This document shows, piece after piece, positions 15,675 to 27,624 of a stretch of DNA of 64,000 nt (positions are counted from its first letter, which is position 1; each line of letters begins with the position of its first letter). Source of the DNA: Octopus sinensis. Taxonomy: Eukaryota. Position numbers and translations under genes: made by a program. The notes under the pieces are model-generated. The model saw only the letters and a list, made by a program, of their open reading frames with translations, had not been told where the DNA came from and did no database searches. Where the stretch lies: assembly GCF_006345805.1 (NCBI RefSeq), contig NC_043000.1:118296001-118360000 (forward strand), read 5' to 3'.

Positions 15675-16471
15675 TACAAATAAGAAAATGGAGAAACAAA
15701 TTTGGTTTGTTCATCAACTTTCAGATATTATAATGTTGGATTATTTATTCATTTTACAAATGAGAACATCAAAAGCATACAAAAATATTATATAAATCAA
15801 TAGATAAGATAATAATACAAATACAGATTTTAAATTCGTTAATCCTATATATTAGTTCTTTGATGTAATAGTCCTTGGTTGGTATAGGTATATCTTTAAG
15901 TGATGAATCAATCCTTATTATCTCCATTTTTCCAACAGTATTCATTTTGAGGGATTATTGTACTATACTTAAATGCACTCACTTATACTAGCAGTACTCC
16001 AAATATTGCATAGATAATTCATACATATTCAAGTATTAGCAATAGATATTCCTCAACCCTATCTTACTTTGTACTATAAAGTTAATTATTTGAGGAATAT
16101 ATATTACTAATACTTGTATATGTATGAATTATCTATGCAATATTTGGAGTACTGCTAGTATAAGTGAATGCATTTAAGTATAGTACAATAATCCCTCAAA
16201 GTGAATACCGTTGGAAAAATGGATATAATAAGGATTGATTCATCACTTAAAGATATACCTATACTAACCAAGGACTATTACATCAAAGAACTAATATATA
16301 GGATTAACGAATTTAAAATCTGTATTTGTATTATTATCTTATCTATTGATTTATATAATATTTTTGTATGCTTTTGATGTTCTCATTTGTAAAATGAATA
16401 AATAATCCAACATTATAATATCCGTAAGTTGATGAACAAACCAAATTTGTTTCTCCATTTTCTTATTTGTA
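15675..16471. repeat. ~800-bp AT-rich palindrome / foldback element (arms ~380 bp, 33-nt loop)
   Basis: 15675-16056 is the reverse complement of 16090-16471 with few mismatches. Confidence 0.9.
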
Positions 16472-16472
16472 T

Positions 16473-16503
<31 letters not shown>

Positions 16504-17240
16504 TTGTTTGATTAATGTCGGTATCGTGAAAGACTGGCAGAATTGGTAGAGCCACAGATGAGATGACTTGTGGCATTTGTTTTGACTCTTTGCATTCTGA
16601 GTTCAAATCCTTTTGAGCTCAATTTTTACCTTTCATAATTATGGGTCAAATACTGTAATCGATATAAAGAAACCGATTAGGAATTATTAGCGAGGGTGGA
16701 GTGTGGGGAACTAAAGATAGAAAAAAAATTAAAGACTGGAAGAAATATTGAACTATAATTAATTTTTAATTAATCAGTAATCACCTTGATTTTTCCATTT
16801 CAAAAACATCAACATTATTGTGAAGTAGTTGATTAAAGGGAGACAATTCAAAATCTGAAAACCTGTAGGATTTCCAATATAAAAAGCAGGAAAAAAAGAA
16901 AAATAAAATTAAGAGATTATTTTTAAATTATTATTATTATTATTATTATCATCATCATCGTCAGTTCTGATTCATTATGATCTGAGTTCAAATTCTGCTG
17001 AGGTCTGAAGTTTTGTTTTGGAAATCATTTACTCTTTACTTGTTTCAGTAATTTGACTGTGGCCATGCTGGAGCACAGCCTTTAGTGGAGCAAATCGACC
17101 CCAGGACTTATTCTTTGGAAGCCTAATACTTATTCTATCGGTTCTCTTTTGCCGAACCACTAAGTTCTGGGGACGTAAACACACCAGCATCAGTTGTCAA
17201 GCGATGTTGAGGGGACAAACACAGACACACAAACATATAC

Positions 17241-17286
<46 letters not shown>

Positions 17287-17845
17287 GGCTTTCAGTTTCC
17301 ATCTACCAAATCGACTCACAAGGCTTTGGTCGGCCCGAGGCTATAGCAGAAGACACTTGCCCAAGGTGTCATGCAGTGGGACTGAACCCGGAACCATATG
17401 GTTGGTAAGCAAGCTACTTACCACACACCCACTCCTGTAAATAAATAAAAAAAAAGAAAAACAAATAAAATTAAGTCATTAGTATTAACTTATTATTAGT
17501 TCTGACTCATATTTTGTATTGAGAATCATTTACAAGATATAAAAATAATAAATAAATAAGTAGAATTAAGAAATTATAGGGTGCGGCAAAGTAATGCTCT
17601 TTTTACATTTAATAACTTTTATAGTATGTAAATGTTTATTAAGTAATTTCTTTTATTGAACATAAATTCATTGCATTACTTAAAGAAACTAGTGAAAAAA
17701 ATCGCGGAAGTTTCTGGAAATAAAAAAGAAACCCAATTAGAACCTAGAAAACTCAAATACAAATGGGTGTTATTTCTGCCACACCCTGTATTATTGAATT
17801 ATTATTACCTCCTGTTATATGTTTTCATAAAATGTGTCATTTTAG

Positions 17846-18094
17846 TGACTAAGAATATTCGAATGAATCGAGAATCTCAAGTTCACCAAACAACAAAGAA
17901 AGGTACTCCAGACCCTGCAGCATCAGAAAATATTCTTCAGATTGTGTGGAGTCTCTTCAAGAACCCTGTATTTATGTTTGTCTCTCTGGCATCAGCAACT
18001 GAAGGAATCATAGTTTCTGGACTATCAACATTTTTGCCAAAATTTTTCGAAAATCAGTTTGGTTCAACACCTACATGGGCAGCACTTATTTCAG
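17846..18094 (+). CDS. SLCO: SLCO exon: VTKNIRMNRESQVHQ...LFKNPVFMFVSLASATEGIIVSGLSTFLPKFFENQFGSTPTWAALIS
   Basis: cattttag| acceptor and |gtattg donor; 249 nt; KNP and FLPKF-E-QF motifs; lies in ORF 17656..18138. Confidence 0.93.
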
Positions 18095-18190
18095 GTATTG
18101 ATGTGTTTCTGCTGGTATTTTATTTTTTTAAGTTTTAGCTCAGAGCTGCGGCCATGCTGATGCACCACCATTTAAAAATTTAACATTATC

Positions 18191-18291
18191 TGTCAGAAGT
18201 GGGATTCAAACCCACGCCCACATTCGTGGACCAGAATACTCAATGTTCCAGTTAAGGTACCTGGCGCTTTAGACCACTCGGCCATTCTGAC
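18191..18291 (-). pseudogene. Intron-containing tRNA-Leu(CAA)-like pseudogene
   Basis: GTCAGAATGGCCGAGTGGTCTAAAGCGCCAG...TTCTGGTCCACGAATGTGGGCGTGGGTTTGAATCCCACTTCTGACA follows the tRNA-Leu-CAA pattern; the anticodon loop is not recognisable and the T-loop reads TTTGA. Confidence 0.8.
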
Positions 18292-18729
18292 AGCTTCATT
18301 ATCATTTCAGATATTGATATATGTTTCTGCTGGTATTTCTTTGTTATCCTTGTTTTAATGTCCACGTCTCTATACTTTCAAGGGTCAGAGGAATTTCTTT
18401 TTAGGCAAGTTTTCACAGCTGGCTACCCTTCTTGTTGTCAACCCAACTGTTTTTAAACTAGACAAGTTTTTCACAAAAGACAGGAAAGCTGCAACAACAC
18501 CTGCATCATCATGATGTTCATTTTCATCATTGTATGATGTCTAGATAAGAGTACGCACACACACACGCGCGCACACACACACACATACACAGACACACAC
18601 ACACACACACACACACACACCATCATCATCATCATTTAGAGTGGAAAGCTGGAGAGCTGTACCAGATTCTAGTCTGATTTTGGTTTGGTTTCTATGGCTA
18701 GATGCCCTTCCCAATGCCAACCACTTCAG

Positions 18730-19135
18730 ACATGTCACCAACATGGGTGCCTCCTATGTGTCACCAGCACAGGTGCCTTTTACATGTCACCAGCACGGGT
18801 GCCTCCTACATGTCACCGGCACGGGTGCCTTTTACATGTCACTGGCACGGGTGCCTCTTACATGTCACCGGCACGGGTGCCTCTTACATGTCACTGGCAC
18901 GGGTGCCTCCCACATGTCACCAGCACGGTTGCCTCCTACATGTCACCGGCATGGGTGCCTCTTACATGTCACTGGCACATGTGCCTCTTACATGTCACTG
19001 GCATGGGTGCCCCTTGCATGTCACTGGCACGATGCCTCTTACATGTCACTGGCACATGTGCCTCTTACATGTCACTGGCATAGGTGCCTCTTACATGTCA
19101 CCGGCACGGGTGCCTCTTATATGTCACCACATCGG
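18730..19135. repeat. ~26-bp minisatellite (tacatgtcaccggcacgggtgcctct) expanded inside a family C element
   Basis: More than 12 tandem units; the same GTGCCA-type unit recurs in the LINE 3'UTR and at 20780-21010. Confidence 0.85.
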
Positions 19136-19390
19136 CCACAAGTTATTCTTTCATGTTATCATTAATGGCCTGATAAGGAGTCACACCAAAAAGTAAAACA
19201 CAGGTCAGTTAAAGGAAAATTGGTTTTATTTATAGAGGAAATAAGTATTGAGTTATCTTCTCATAATTTTGTCTTCTATTTTTCTAGTTTTTTTCCATTG
19301 TTTTTTTATTGTTCATTTAATATAATGTCTAGGATAACATCTTGATAACCTTTTATGTAACTAACAAATTTAATTTTTCTCTTTTTAAAG

Positions 19391-19583
19391 GTTTACTTGC
19401 TGTGCCTTCTGCTGCCGGTGGACAGATTCTTGGTGGTTATCTCTGTAAGAGATTTCGTCTTAAAGTACGTGAGCAGGGAAACCTTTGTGTTCTTACACTA
19501 ACACTTGGACTTCTAGGTATGGGAATATTCTGGGTTAATTGTGAAGACATGCCCTTTGCCGGAATTACACATAACTACAATCA
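19391..19583 (+). CDS. SLCO: SLCO exon: GLLAVPSAAGGQILGGYLCKRFRLKVRE...IFWVNCEDMPFAGITHNYNQ
   Basis: tttttaaag| acceptor and |gtaagt donor; 193 nt; TM8-TM9 with C-x4-FAG. Confidence 0.95.
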
Positions 19584-20160
19584 GTAAGTATAAATTTGTT
19601 AGAAAATAATAATATTTAGTGATAGAGCACAGAAAGTGTGCCGATAGCCTGCTGGAGGAGGTGTCCTCCTGGGGCTACAAGCTACAGTAGCATCCACCTT
19701 TAGGGGTTAGCCATCTTTAAATGGCAAATATACTTCATGATGTGTTGCAGCTACTGTTTATAACTCGCTCTGAGATTTATTAATAATATTTCGTTTTTGG
19801 ATTTGGTTTGCAAGATTCTTTATATGAGTTCATGTGTTGAAGCATATTCTGTTGTGTCTGGGGAGAGGCATTTTGTTTTTGTGCCTTATAATGTAACACA
19901 CTCACCGGTAAAATTTCTACTTTTTTCTTTTTCGTTTTTTTTTTATTTTTATTATAAGGAAAAAGTGGAAATTTTACCGGTGAGTGTGTTTCATTATAAG
20001 GCACAAAAAGAAAATGACTCTCCCCAGACACAACAGAAAATAATAAACTATTCTAAAAAAGAGTATAATTAAATAAGTAATACAAATATATAACATATGG
20101 TATAATTATAAACAGGGAAAAATTTTAGCCATTTTCCTGCAGACTGAAAAATGATGAAAA

Positions 20161-20205
20161 ACTTTAATCGATTTTAGAACCTTATTGGGTTCTCATCAGA
20201 GGCGT
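20161..20205 (-). ncRNA. Degenerate hammerhead motif in a duplicated segment
   Basis: CUGAUGA-GAACC(caauaa)GGUUC-UAAA-AUCGAU: G12 is changed to U and stem I is poor; a more decayed copy lies at ~21260-21300. Confidence 0.45.
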
Positions 20206-21705
20206 CCACATCATTCTGACAGTCTCTAGAGAAACAAAGAGCCTAACTGTTTATATACTCAACAAATGCAGCAGTTACTCTATGAAGGAGTCCCTAATCC
20301 GCATACCTAAAGTGTTAAACACTCTATAAATACCAGCAACCTGTCAGTGAGGATCTTAGCCCACATAGTATCAAGGTATACTCTCTTTTACTTGTTTCAG
20401 TCATTTGACTGTGGCCATGCTGGAACACCACCTTTAGTCAAGGAAATCAACCCCTGAGCATATTCCTTGTAAGCCTAGTACTTATTCTATCAGTCTCTTT
20501 TGCCGAACCACTAAGTTACGGGGATGTAAACACACCAGCGTCGGTTGTCAAGCGATGTTGGGGTGACAGACACACAAACATATACACACATACATATATA
20601 TATATATATAATCATCATCATCATCATCATTTAACGTCCGCTTTCCATGCTAGCATGGGTTGGACGGTTCAACTGGGGTCTGGGGAGCCCGAAAGCTGCA
20701 CCAGTCCAGTCAGATCTGGCAGTGTTTCTACAGCTGGATGCCCTTCCTAACGCCAACCACTCCGAGAGTGTAGTGGGTGATTTTATGTGCCACCGACACA
20801 GGTGCCAGACGAGGCTGGCAAACGGCCACGCTCGGATGGTATTTTTTTTATGTGCCACCGACACAGGTGCCAGACGAGGCTGGCAGACGGCCACGCTCGG
20901 ATGGTGTTTTGTTTTGTTTTTTTTTTTTATGTGCCACCGACACAGGTGCCAGACGAGGCTGGCAGACGGCCACGCTCGGATGGTGTTTTTATGTGCCACC
21001 GACACAGGTGCCAGACAATATATATATATATACGACGGGCTTCTTTCAGTTCCCGTCTACCAAATCCACTCACATGTCTTGGGTCGGCCCGAGGCTATAG
21101 CAGAAGACACTTGCCCAAGGTGCCACACAGTGGGACTGAACCCAGGAGCATGTGGTTGGTAAGCAAGCTACTTACCACACAGCCACTCCTGATATAATAA
21201 ATATATAATACATGGTATAATTATAAACAGGGCGAATTTTTAGCCATTTTTCCGCAGACTGAATTAATTGATTTTCCAACCTTATTGGGTTCTCATTAGA
21301 GGCGTCTACATCATTCTGACAGTCTTCAGCTATGATTATACCCTTGTCATTCTCCCCGAATAATGTGCACTCAACTATTTACAATTTTCTCCAACCTTTC
21401 GGTAATATAACCTATGTTATTAACTCCCTAGCTTTTGTATCTTTAATGTCAATCAGAATCAGTAGAATGCTACTCAGAATATCTTGTGGGATTCCTTTCT
21501 GCTGATTATTTGAAACCTGCTGGAATTGATTTTGTCTTTGACCAAGAATCAGTAGAATCGTTAACTCAGATCAAGTTTGTCTTTTGTTCTTCCTGGGTCT
21601 TAAAATCAGCTGTTTGAGAGAATTAATTTAACTCTGTCCTACAAAAATTTATTGCTTTGAGCTTAAATAAGAAATCCTTATTGTAGTTCTTATTCTGTTT
21701 TGTAG

Positions 21706-21886
21706 AACAAATACAAAGCCATTTTCAAGCAATGCGAACTTTGATTTAAAGTCAAGTCTTAAGATGAAATGTAATTCGGAATGTTCCTGTACTACTACTC
21801 GGTACCAACCAGTATGTGGGGCAGATGACATTCAGTATTTCTCACCTTGCTTTGCTGGGTGTGCTTCTTTTAACAACAAAAGTCAA
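21706..21886 (+). CDS. SLCO: SLCO exon, Kazal-like extracellular domain: ...KCNSECSCTTTRYQPVCGADDIQYFSPCFAGCASFNNKSQ
   Basis: ttttgtag| acceptor and |gtaagt donor; 181 nt; OATP Kazal cysteine pattern. Not in the ORF track (no start codon in frame). Confidence 0.95.
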
Positions 21887-21995
21887 GTAAGTAGAATCTT
21901 AATTATATTTTAGTAAAGCAAAATAATAAGATTTATGGAGATGTACTTGCATAGCAAGTAACCCGATCTGAGATTGTGTGCTGGAACGAAAACAA

Positions 21996-22284
21996 TTGCA
22001 GCATGGAAGGTTTTTATAAGCCATTTAAGAAATACGCAAAAACTGTTAGATTCACTTCAACATTTAAATTTAATTTGTCAAAATATTTTCATCGCTTTGA
22101 GACCGCGACATGTTCACTGACAAAAATCCAAGATGCAGCACAGAGTTTTGTCAGTGAACATGTCGCGGTCTCAAAGCGACGGAAATATTTTGACAAATTA
22201 AATTTAAATGTTGAAATGAATCAAGTGAATCTAACGGTTTTTGTGTATTTCTTAAATGGCTTATAAACACCTTCCACGCTGCAA
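21996..22284. repeat. ~290-bp palindrome (arms ~130 bp, 20-nt loop)
   Basis: ttgcagcatggaagg...ctgacaaaa / ttttgtcag...ccttccacgctgcaa. Confidence 0.88.
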
Positions 22285-23791
22285 AATAATAAAATGCTAT
22301 ATTCATCTTTGTGTTACTTTCTCTTAATTACTACACTTTGTATTTCTTTTTACATTTTATAATTTAATTGTATAGTTAGTGTGACATCTGCATTAAACCA
22401 AAAATTGTGCATAAAAAATGTGTATAGAAGTTTTGCAGAAAAGTAAAGAATTATAATGTTAATTTGAGAGAGGGGTAGACCAAAACCAACATGGTGGGAT
22501 AATATCCGTAGTTTCCAGTTGGCCACACTTGGGAGTCCAACCTGAGCATGTAGTGATGGCTGCTTTTGGTGGAACCTTATGGAGAGGGTGACTCGGGACT
22601 CTACTACATGACCTTCCCAGGAATAGTGGGTGGAGAAAAGGAATGGATGGAATAATATTGACAATGTGGGTATTCTCAGTTAAAATCATTGTTTTCTAAT
22701 TGATGTAAATTATTCCCTTACAATGATAAGATATTTATTTGAAAAATAATTTAGTAAATAACATTTGCTGTCTTTGGCATCCAAAGAGAAAAAAAACCCC
22801 ACTAACTCCTTCTAATGAGGAAACTCAAAGATGAAGAAACTACAATGAAATAAAAAGCTTTCAAAATGAGTATTGACAACTATTCAAAACTTTGATGAGT
22901 AGCATAATCATCATAATTGTTTAACGTCTGTTTTCCATGCTGGCATGGGTTGGACGGTTTGACTGGGGACTGGCAAGCCAGGAGGCCGCACTAGGCTCCA
23001 ATCTGATCTGGTAATGTTTCTACAGCTGGATGCCCTTCCTAATGCCAACCACTCTGAGAGTGTAGTGGGTGGTTTTTACATGCCATCGGCATGGGAGCCA
23101 GTCTGGCGGCACTGACATTGGCCATGTTTCAATGGTGCTTTTTATGTGCTACCGGCACATGAGCCAGTTGGGGTGGTGGGGCTGGATTTGACTACGTTCA
23201 GATGTGCTTTTTACATGCCACCAGTGTGGGGAGCCAGTCAGGCGGCTGTGGCAACGACCCACACATGAATGGTGTTTATAATTTTGGAAAATTTTTTTAT
23301 CATTTTGAGAAGTCGATGAAGCAGCCATGACCATTTCATCAGAGGTTTGTAGGAGTGGACACTATCCTAAAACCAAATGCCCAACCTAAATGCTTGCAGA
23401 AGAGTTAATTTCATTAAAGGTCACTTAATGAATAGGTGGTGGTGTTGCTGAACTTGGTTAGGATTTAAGTTTATCACCCAAGAAAAAAGTGTGCAAAAAT
23501 TCAGAACTTATACTGCAAAGCCTTTCATCTTACGTCATTAGAATTCTGCTAGCCTTCTGATCTGTATACTAGTAGTTTATGTCGACTGTAAGAGGATAAA
23601 AGGCAAAGCTGACCTAAGCAGGACTTGAACCCAGAGTACAGACATAGTAATAACTTACCAACAAAATGTTTCTTGCTATCCTTATCTCTTTAAATTAATA
23701 TATGATTGCATTTTTATTTAAATTTATTACTGCTCAAACATGTTCATAAGTATATATAAATGTTTAAAACAAACTTCATTTATTTTTATAG

Positions 23792-23958
23792 ACATATCTC
23801 AATTGCTCCTGTGTTACTAACTTAGAAACGGATACAGCATCAGAAGGAAAGTGTCCTGCAAAACGTTGCACTAATTATTATTTGTCTATTGTTTTTATCT
23901 TCTTGTTGATACTGTTTGCCTTTATAGCACAGACGCCAATGGTTTCTATCATTCTCAG
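23792..23958 (+). CDS. SLCO: SLCO exon: TYLNCSCVTNLETDTASEGKCPAKRCTNYYLSIVFIFLLILFAFIAQTPMVSIILR
   Basis: tttttatag| acceptor and |gtaaat donor; 167 nt; NCSC...GKC...C followed by TM10. Confidence 0.95.
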
Positions 23959-24039
23959 GTAAATTAACTTAACCATATTTTTATAAAATATATAAAGTAA
24001 TCTTTAATACCCGTAGCTTAACATACAAAGCATGATTGG

Positions 24040-24135
24040 CCACAATCGTGGCCGTGAGGCACAGTTCGACAGGCCACAATCACGGCACAGTTTGACAGGC
24101 CACAATCATGGCACAGTTCGACAGGCCACGATCAT
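24040..24135. repeat. 26-bp minisatellite (ggcacagttcgacaggccacaatcac)
   Basis: About 3.5 tandem units. Confidence 0.8.
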
Positions 24136-24873
24136 CGCCCAGATACATGCATTTAATTTATGGGCGTTTGTTGGGGATCTAATGTCACTCAAACACTCCA
24201 ATATTTCCCAGAATGCAAGAGGACTAATAGTTCAGCTAATGACTTTTCGGATAATGTAAAACTTGCCACCATTATATACTAAGAAAATATTTTAACTATT
24301 TTTTGTTTTTTACGTGTGCATGGTAGTCTCATTTTCATAAAATGTGCTCAGCAGTCCATGCTATGTAAGTGCAAATCCTATCACTTTGTGTGTTAATAGT
24401 AAATCCAATAAAAATAGGTATGAAAATGCTTTCAATTATTGTTTATGCATAACTGTCAGAATTAGGATTTAACTTAGTGGTTCAACAGCAGAGACCAATA
24501 GAGCAAGTACCAAACTTTAAAAAAAGTAAGTCGTGAGCTCAATCCATTCGACTAAAACATTTTCAACACGGTGCCCCAGCATGGCCACAATCTAATGACT
24601 GAAACAAAAGATACAAGATAAAACGTTGGCAACTGTTCGGTTAATGTTATTGCCAGAAACACGGCAAAAATACTCTGAAACTTTATCATTAGAAAAATGT
24701 TAAGATTATTCTTTTTCTTTGAGAAACGTTTTATTAATCATTCAGTTGATGTTTAGCGTTGTCAATATTTATATCGTTTATGTCGTTATACACACACACA
24801 CACACACACACACACAGACTGGCGGTGCCTCAGTATGGCCACTGTCTTAGGGCTGAAATGTAAAAAATATATT

Positions 24874-25405
24874 CAGGGTTAATCAAAAAGAATCAACCGA
24901 TTTCATTATGCAATATTTTAATAAGGAAAAGCAATAGAAAACTCCAGTTGAGTCACAAGTATTTACTCACAATCAACTTTTATTTCCTGTCTTATAAGTG
25001 TTCAATATGGCCACCACATGCTGCACGGGCAACATCAATGCAATAAGAGAATTCCTCCCAGACGCGTATCAGCATATCAAAAGCAAGTTCATTATGGAAC
25101 TAAAGAAGAAATTTGCTTTGCTTGAGGCGATTCCAGAAGATATTGAAATAGAAGGGAAATGGAAAAGCTTCGATAAAGCATTCAATCAGGCAGCCAAAGA
25201 AGTACTCAGTGATACGCATCTGGGAGGAATTCTCTTATCGCATTGATATTCCCATGCTGCAGGTGGTGGCCACATTGAAAACTTGTAAGACAGAAAATAA
25301 AAGTTGATTGAGAGTAAATACTTGTGACTCAGCTGGATTTTTCTATTGATTTTCTTTATTAAAATATTGCGTAGTGAAATCGTTCAATCTCTTTGAACAA
25401 CCCTG
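24874..25405. mobile_element. Tc1/mariner-type MITE (CAGGGT ends, ~170-bp TIRs) with an RTE-like internal fragment
   Basis: cagggttaatcaaaaaga / tctttgaacaaccctg termini with long complementary arms; the centre translates to KSKFIMELKKKFALLE...EGKWKSFDKAFNQAAKEVL. Confidence 0.8.
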
Positions 25406-25407
25406 TA

Positions 25408-25439
<32 letters not shown>

Positions 25440-25660
25440 GGCACAAGTTGCAGAGTGACTGGAAGGTCAAGTGTTTTACGTATTAACTGTTATGAAACTG
25501 GTTTCAAATGATGGGGATTACATTTATAAAGGTTTGTCTAAATATATGTTATTTCATAATTTGAAACCAGCTTGATAAATGCCAAAGAAACGTCAAGCCT
25601 TTGAGCCACTCAATTAACTTCTACTGGTTAACTATATACATGCAATCGCGAGTGTGTGCA

Positions 25661-26924
25661 CAGGGTGTTATGGCTAAATTTGAAAGTTTGCATAAAATAA
25701 CGCACAATATCCTATCCAAAATAGAAGAATTTAAAAAGATAAGAAAATATCAACTAGATTATGGCTGAGAAATAACAGTTTATTCAAAGTAGCCGCCCTC
25801 AGCTTCCACCATGGCCTCAAGTCGGTTCTGAATCTGGTGCATACGCTCCCCACTTTGTCCTTGAGAAGGTCTTCGAACATGACATTGATCTTGGGTATCA
25901 GTTTGGCCTTTCTGTTGTAGATAGAGTGGTGCTGTCTTTCTCAACCGCATCCCAAGAATTACAATAGGTGAGAATCAGGAGGCCAAAATTAAAAATCCTC
26001 TGAAAACCACATATGATTCTTTCCGGAAGTATGACAAGGAAAAAGGCTGCGAGCAAGTAGAAACGTTAGCACGCCGGGCGAAATGCTTTGCGGTATTTCG
26101 TCTGCCGCTACGTTCTGAGTTCAAATTCCGCCGAGGTCGACTTTGCCTTTCATCCTTTCGGGGTTGATTAAATAAGTACCAGTTACGCACTGGGTTCGAT
26201 ATAATCGACTTAATCCGTTTGTTTGTCCCTGTTTTTCCCCTTTGTGTTTAGCCCCTTGTGGGTAGTAAAGAAATAAGTATTTCGTCTGCTGCTACGTTCT
26301 GAGTTCAAATTCCGCCGAGGCCGACTTTGCCTTTCATCCTTTCGGGGTCGATAAATTAAGTACCAGTTACGCACTGGGGTCGATATAATCGACTTAATCC
26401 GTTTGTCTGTTCTTGTTTGTCCTCTCTATGTTTAGCCCCTTGTGGGTAGTAAAGAAATAGGTATGACAAGGAGCAAAATCCGGCTGCCACACATATGGCC
26501 TTCCAGCAGCAACTTTGTCTTGTCAGGATTTGATCACTCTCCAGCAGTTTCACGTAGCCGTTGACTTGAGCTTAAGACCCTGCTCAAAGATGTGGGCTGG
26601 CAGGACGTCGTACTCACTGGAGAAACACTCGAAGATCATCACAGCTTCAGGGATCTTATTTTCATGATGCTCCTGTTACGTCTTACAACCTTTACATTTT
26701 TGCACAGTGCATTGAGCATTTTGATACCCTGTGCGAATCTTTGTGATACAGCCGTCTCTTTTACAATATTCAGGCAGCTTCTCGTCGACTGTGGCAGCTA
26801 ACTTTTTCTCAATTACCACTTAAATCTTTATGCTCTGCAACGCCGCCGACTGTTCATCAATACTTCAAACTGTTCCCGAAAAAAAAGAATACATAAAATT
26901 GTCAAATTTAGCCCGAACACTCTG
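25661..26924 (-). mobile_element. maT/DD37D-like Tc1-mariner relic interrupted by a family B SINE dimer
   Basis: TIR cagggtgttatggctaaatt / aatttagcccgaacactctg; decayed transposase VMIFECFSSEYDVLPAHIFEQGL...VAAGRPYVWQPDFAPCH...FWPP...RFRTDLRPWWKLRAAT-type C-terminus ending AEGGYFE* in one frame. Confidence 0.8.
26041..26460 (+). mobile_element. Family B tRNA-like SINE (head plus two tandem 3' units) with a 12-bp TSD
   Basis: TSD gtatgacaagga at 26029-26040 and 26461-26472; B-box gagttcaaattcc; central gtcgactttgcctttcatcctttcggggtcgataa. Other clusters: 37965-39260, 39370-39535(-), 44105-44960, 47923-48143, 51141-51535, 55385-55760, 56268-56690, 62321-62553; decayed copies at 16530-16680, 33510-33630, 34500-34640(-). 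Confidence 0.9.
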
Positions 26925-27049
26925 TGTGTGTGCGCGCGCGCACGTATGTATGTATGTGTGTGTAATATATTTATATATATATATATAATTAAAATTAGAT
27001 ATCCTAATTTATAATTTTAATAATTATTACCTTTCAAGGTTATTTTTTC

Positions 27050-27476
27050 GGATCTTTTCAGTTTGACCGGCAGTTTTTAACATAATTTCTATGTAACTAA
27101 AAAATTTTAAACGTCGTATACTGGTAGAATGTGTTTATAAAACATCTTTTTCTCTTGGCTTTATTGAGAAAATTCTATAGTTTGTAAGATATTTGTAAGA
27201 TATTTTCTTCAATTTCTGCAATTTCAACCAATCACTGACGTCCATTGAGGTAAACAACATTCTGTGCTGTATGAATATGTCCCTCGTTTAAGAAACAGAT
27301 TGGGTTTATGAACATTTCTGAAGAAAAAAAGATACCCTTCCCCCCACTCCTAACCCCAACTAACCCTATCCCTAAAATACATTGAAATACAATAGATCGA
27401 TACTAGGGTCATAATTATGGGTGAAAATTTCATATGACGCCGCTAGAAAAAACTGCCGTTCAAACCGAAAAGATTA
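27050..27476. mobile_element. Non-autonomous DNA element with GGATCTTTTC termini and an 8-bp TSD
   Basis: TIR ggatcttttcagtttgaccggcagttttt / aaaaaactgccgttcaaaccgaaaagatta; TSD attttttc on both sides. Confidence 0.75.
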
Positions 27477-27544
27477 ATTTTTTCCATGCTGACCACTTGA
27501 TAAAATCGTTGTTTATTTTTAAATTAATGATCTTATCCTTATTT

Positions 27545-27565
27545 ATATAAATTTATATATATATA

Positions 27566-27624
<59 letters not shown>

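Noticed and set aside
15690-15745. GAAAC hairpin and TTGATGA inside the large palindrome arm
   Set aside because: The two core halves are not in a hammerhead arrangement on either strand.
17656-17845. N-terminal extension of ORF 17656..18138
   Set aside because: Upstream of the phase-compatible acceptor at 17845, so it is intronic read-through.
22100-22175. CTGACAA and GAACATGTC near the palindrome apex as a hammerhead
   Set aside because: The pairing is explained by the palindrome itself and the core is incomplete.
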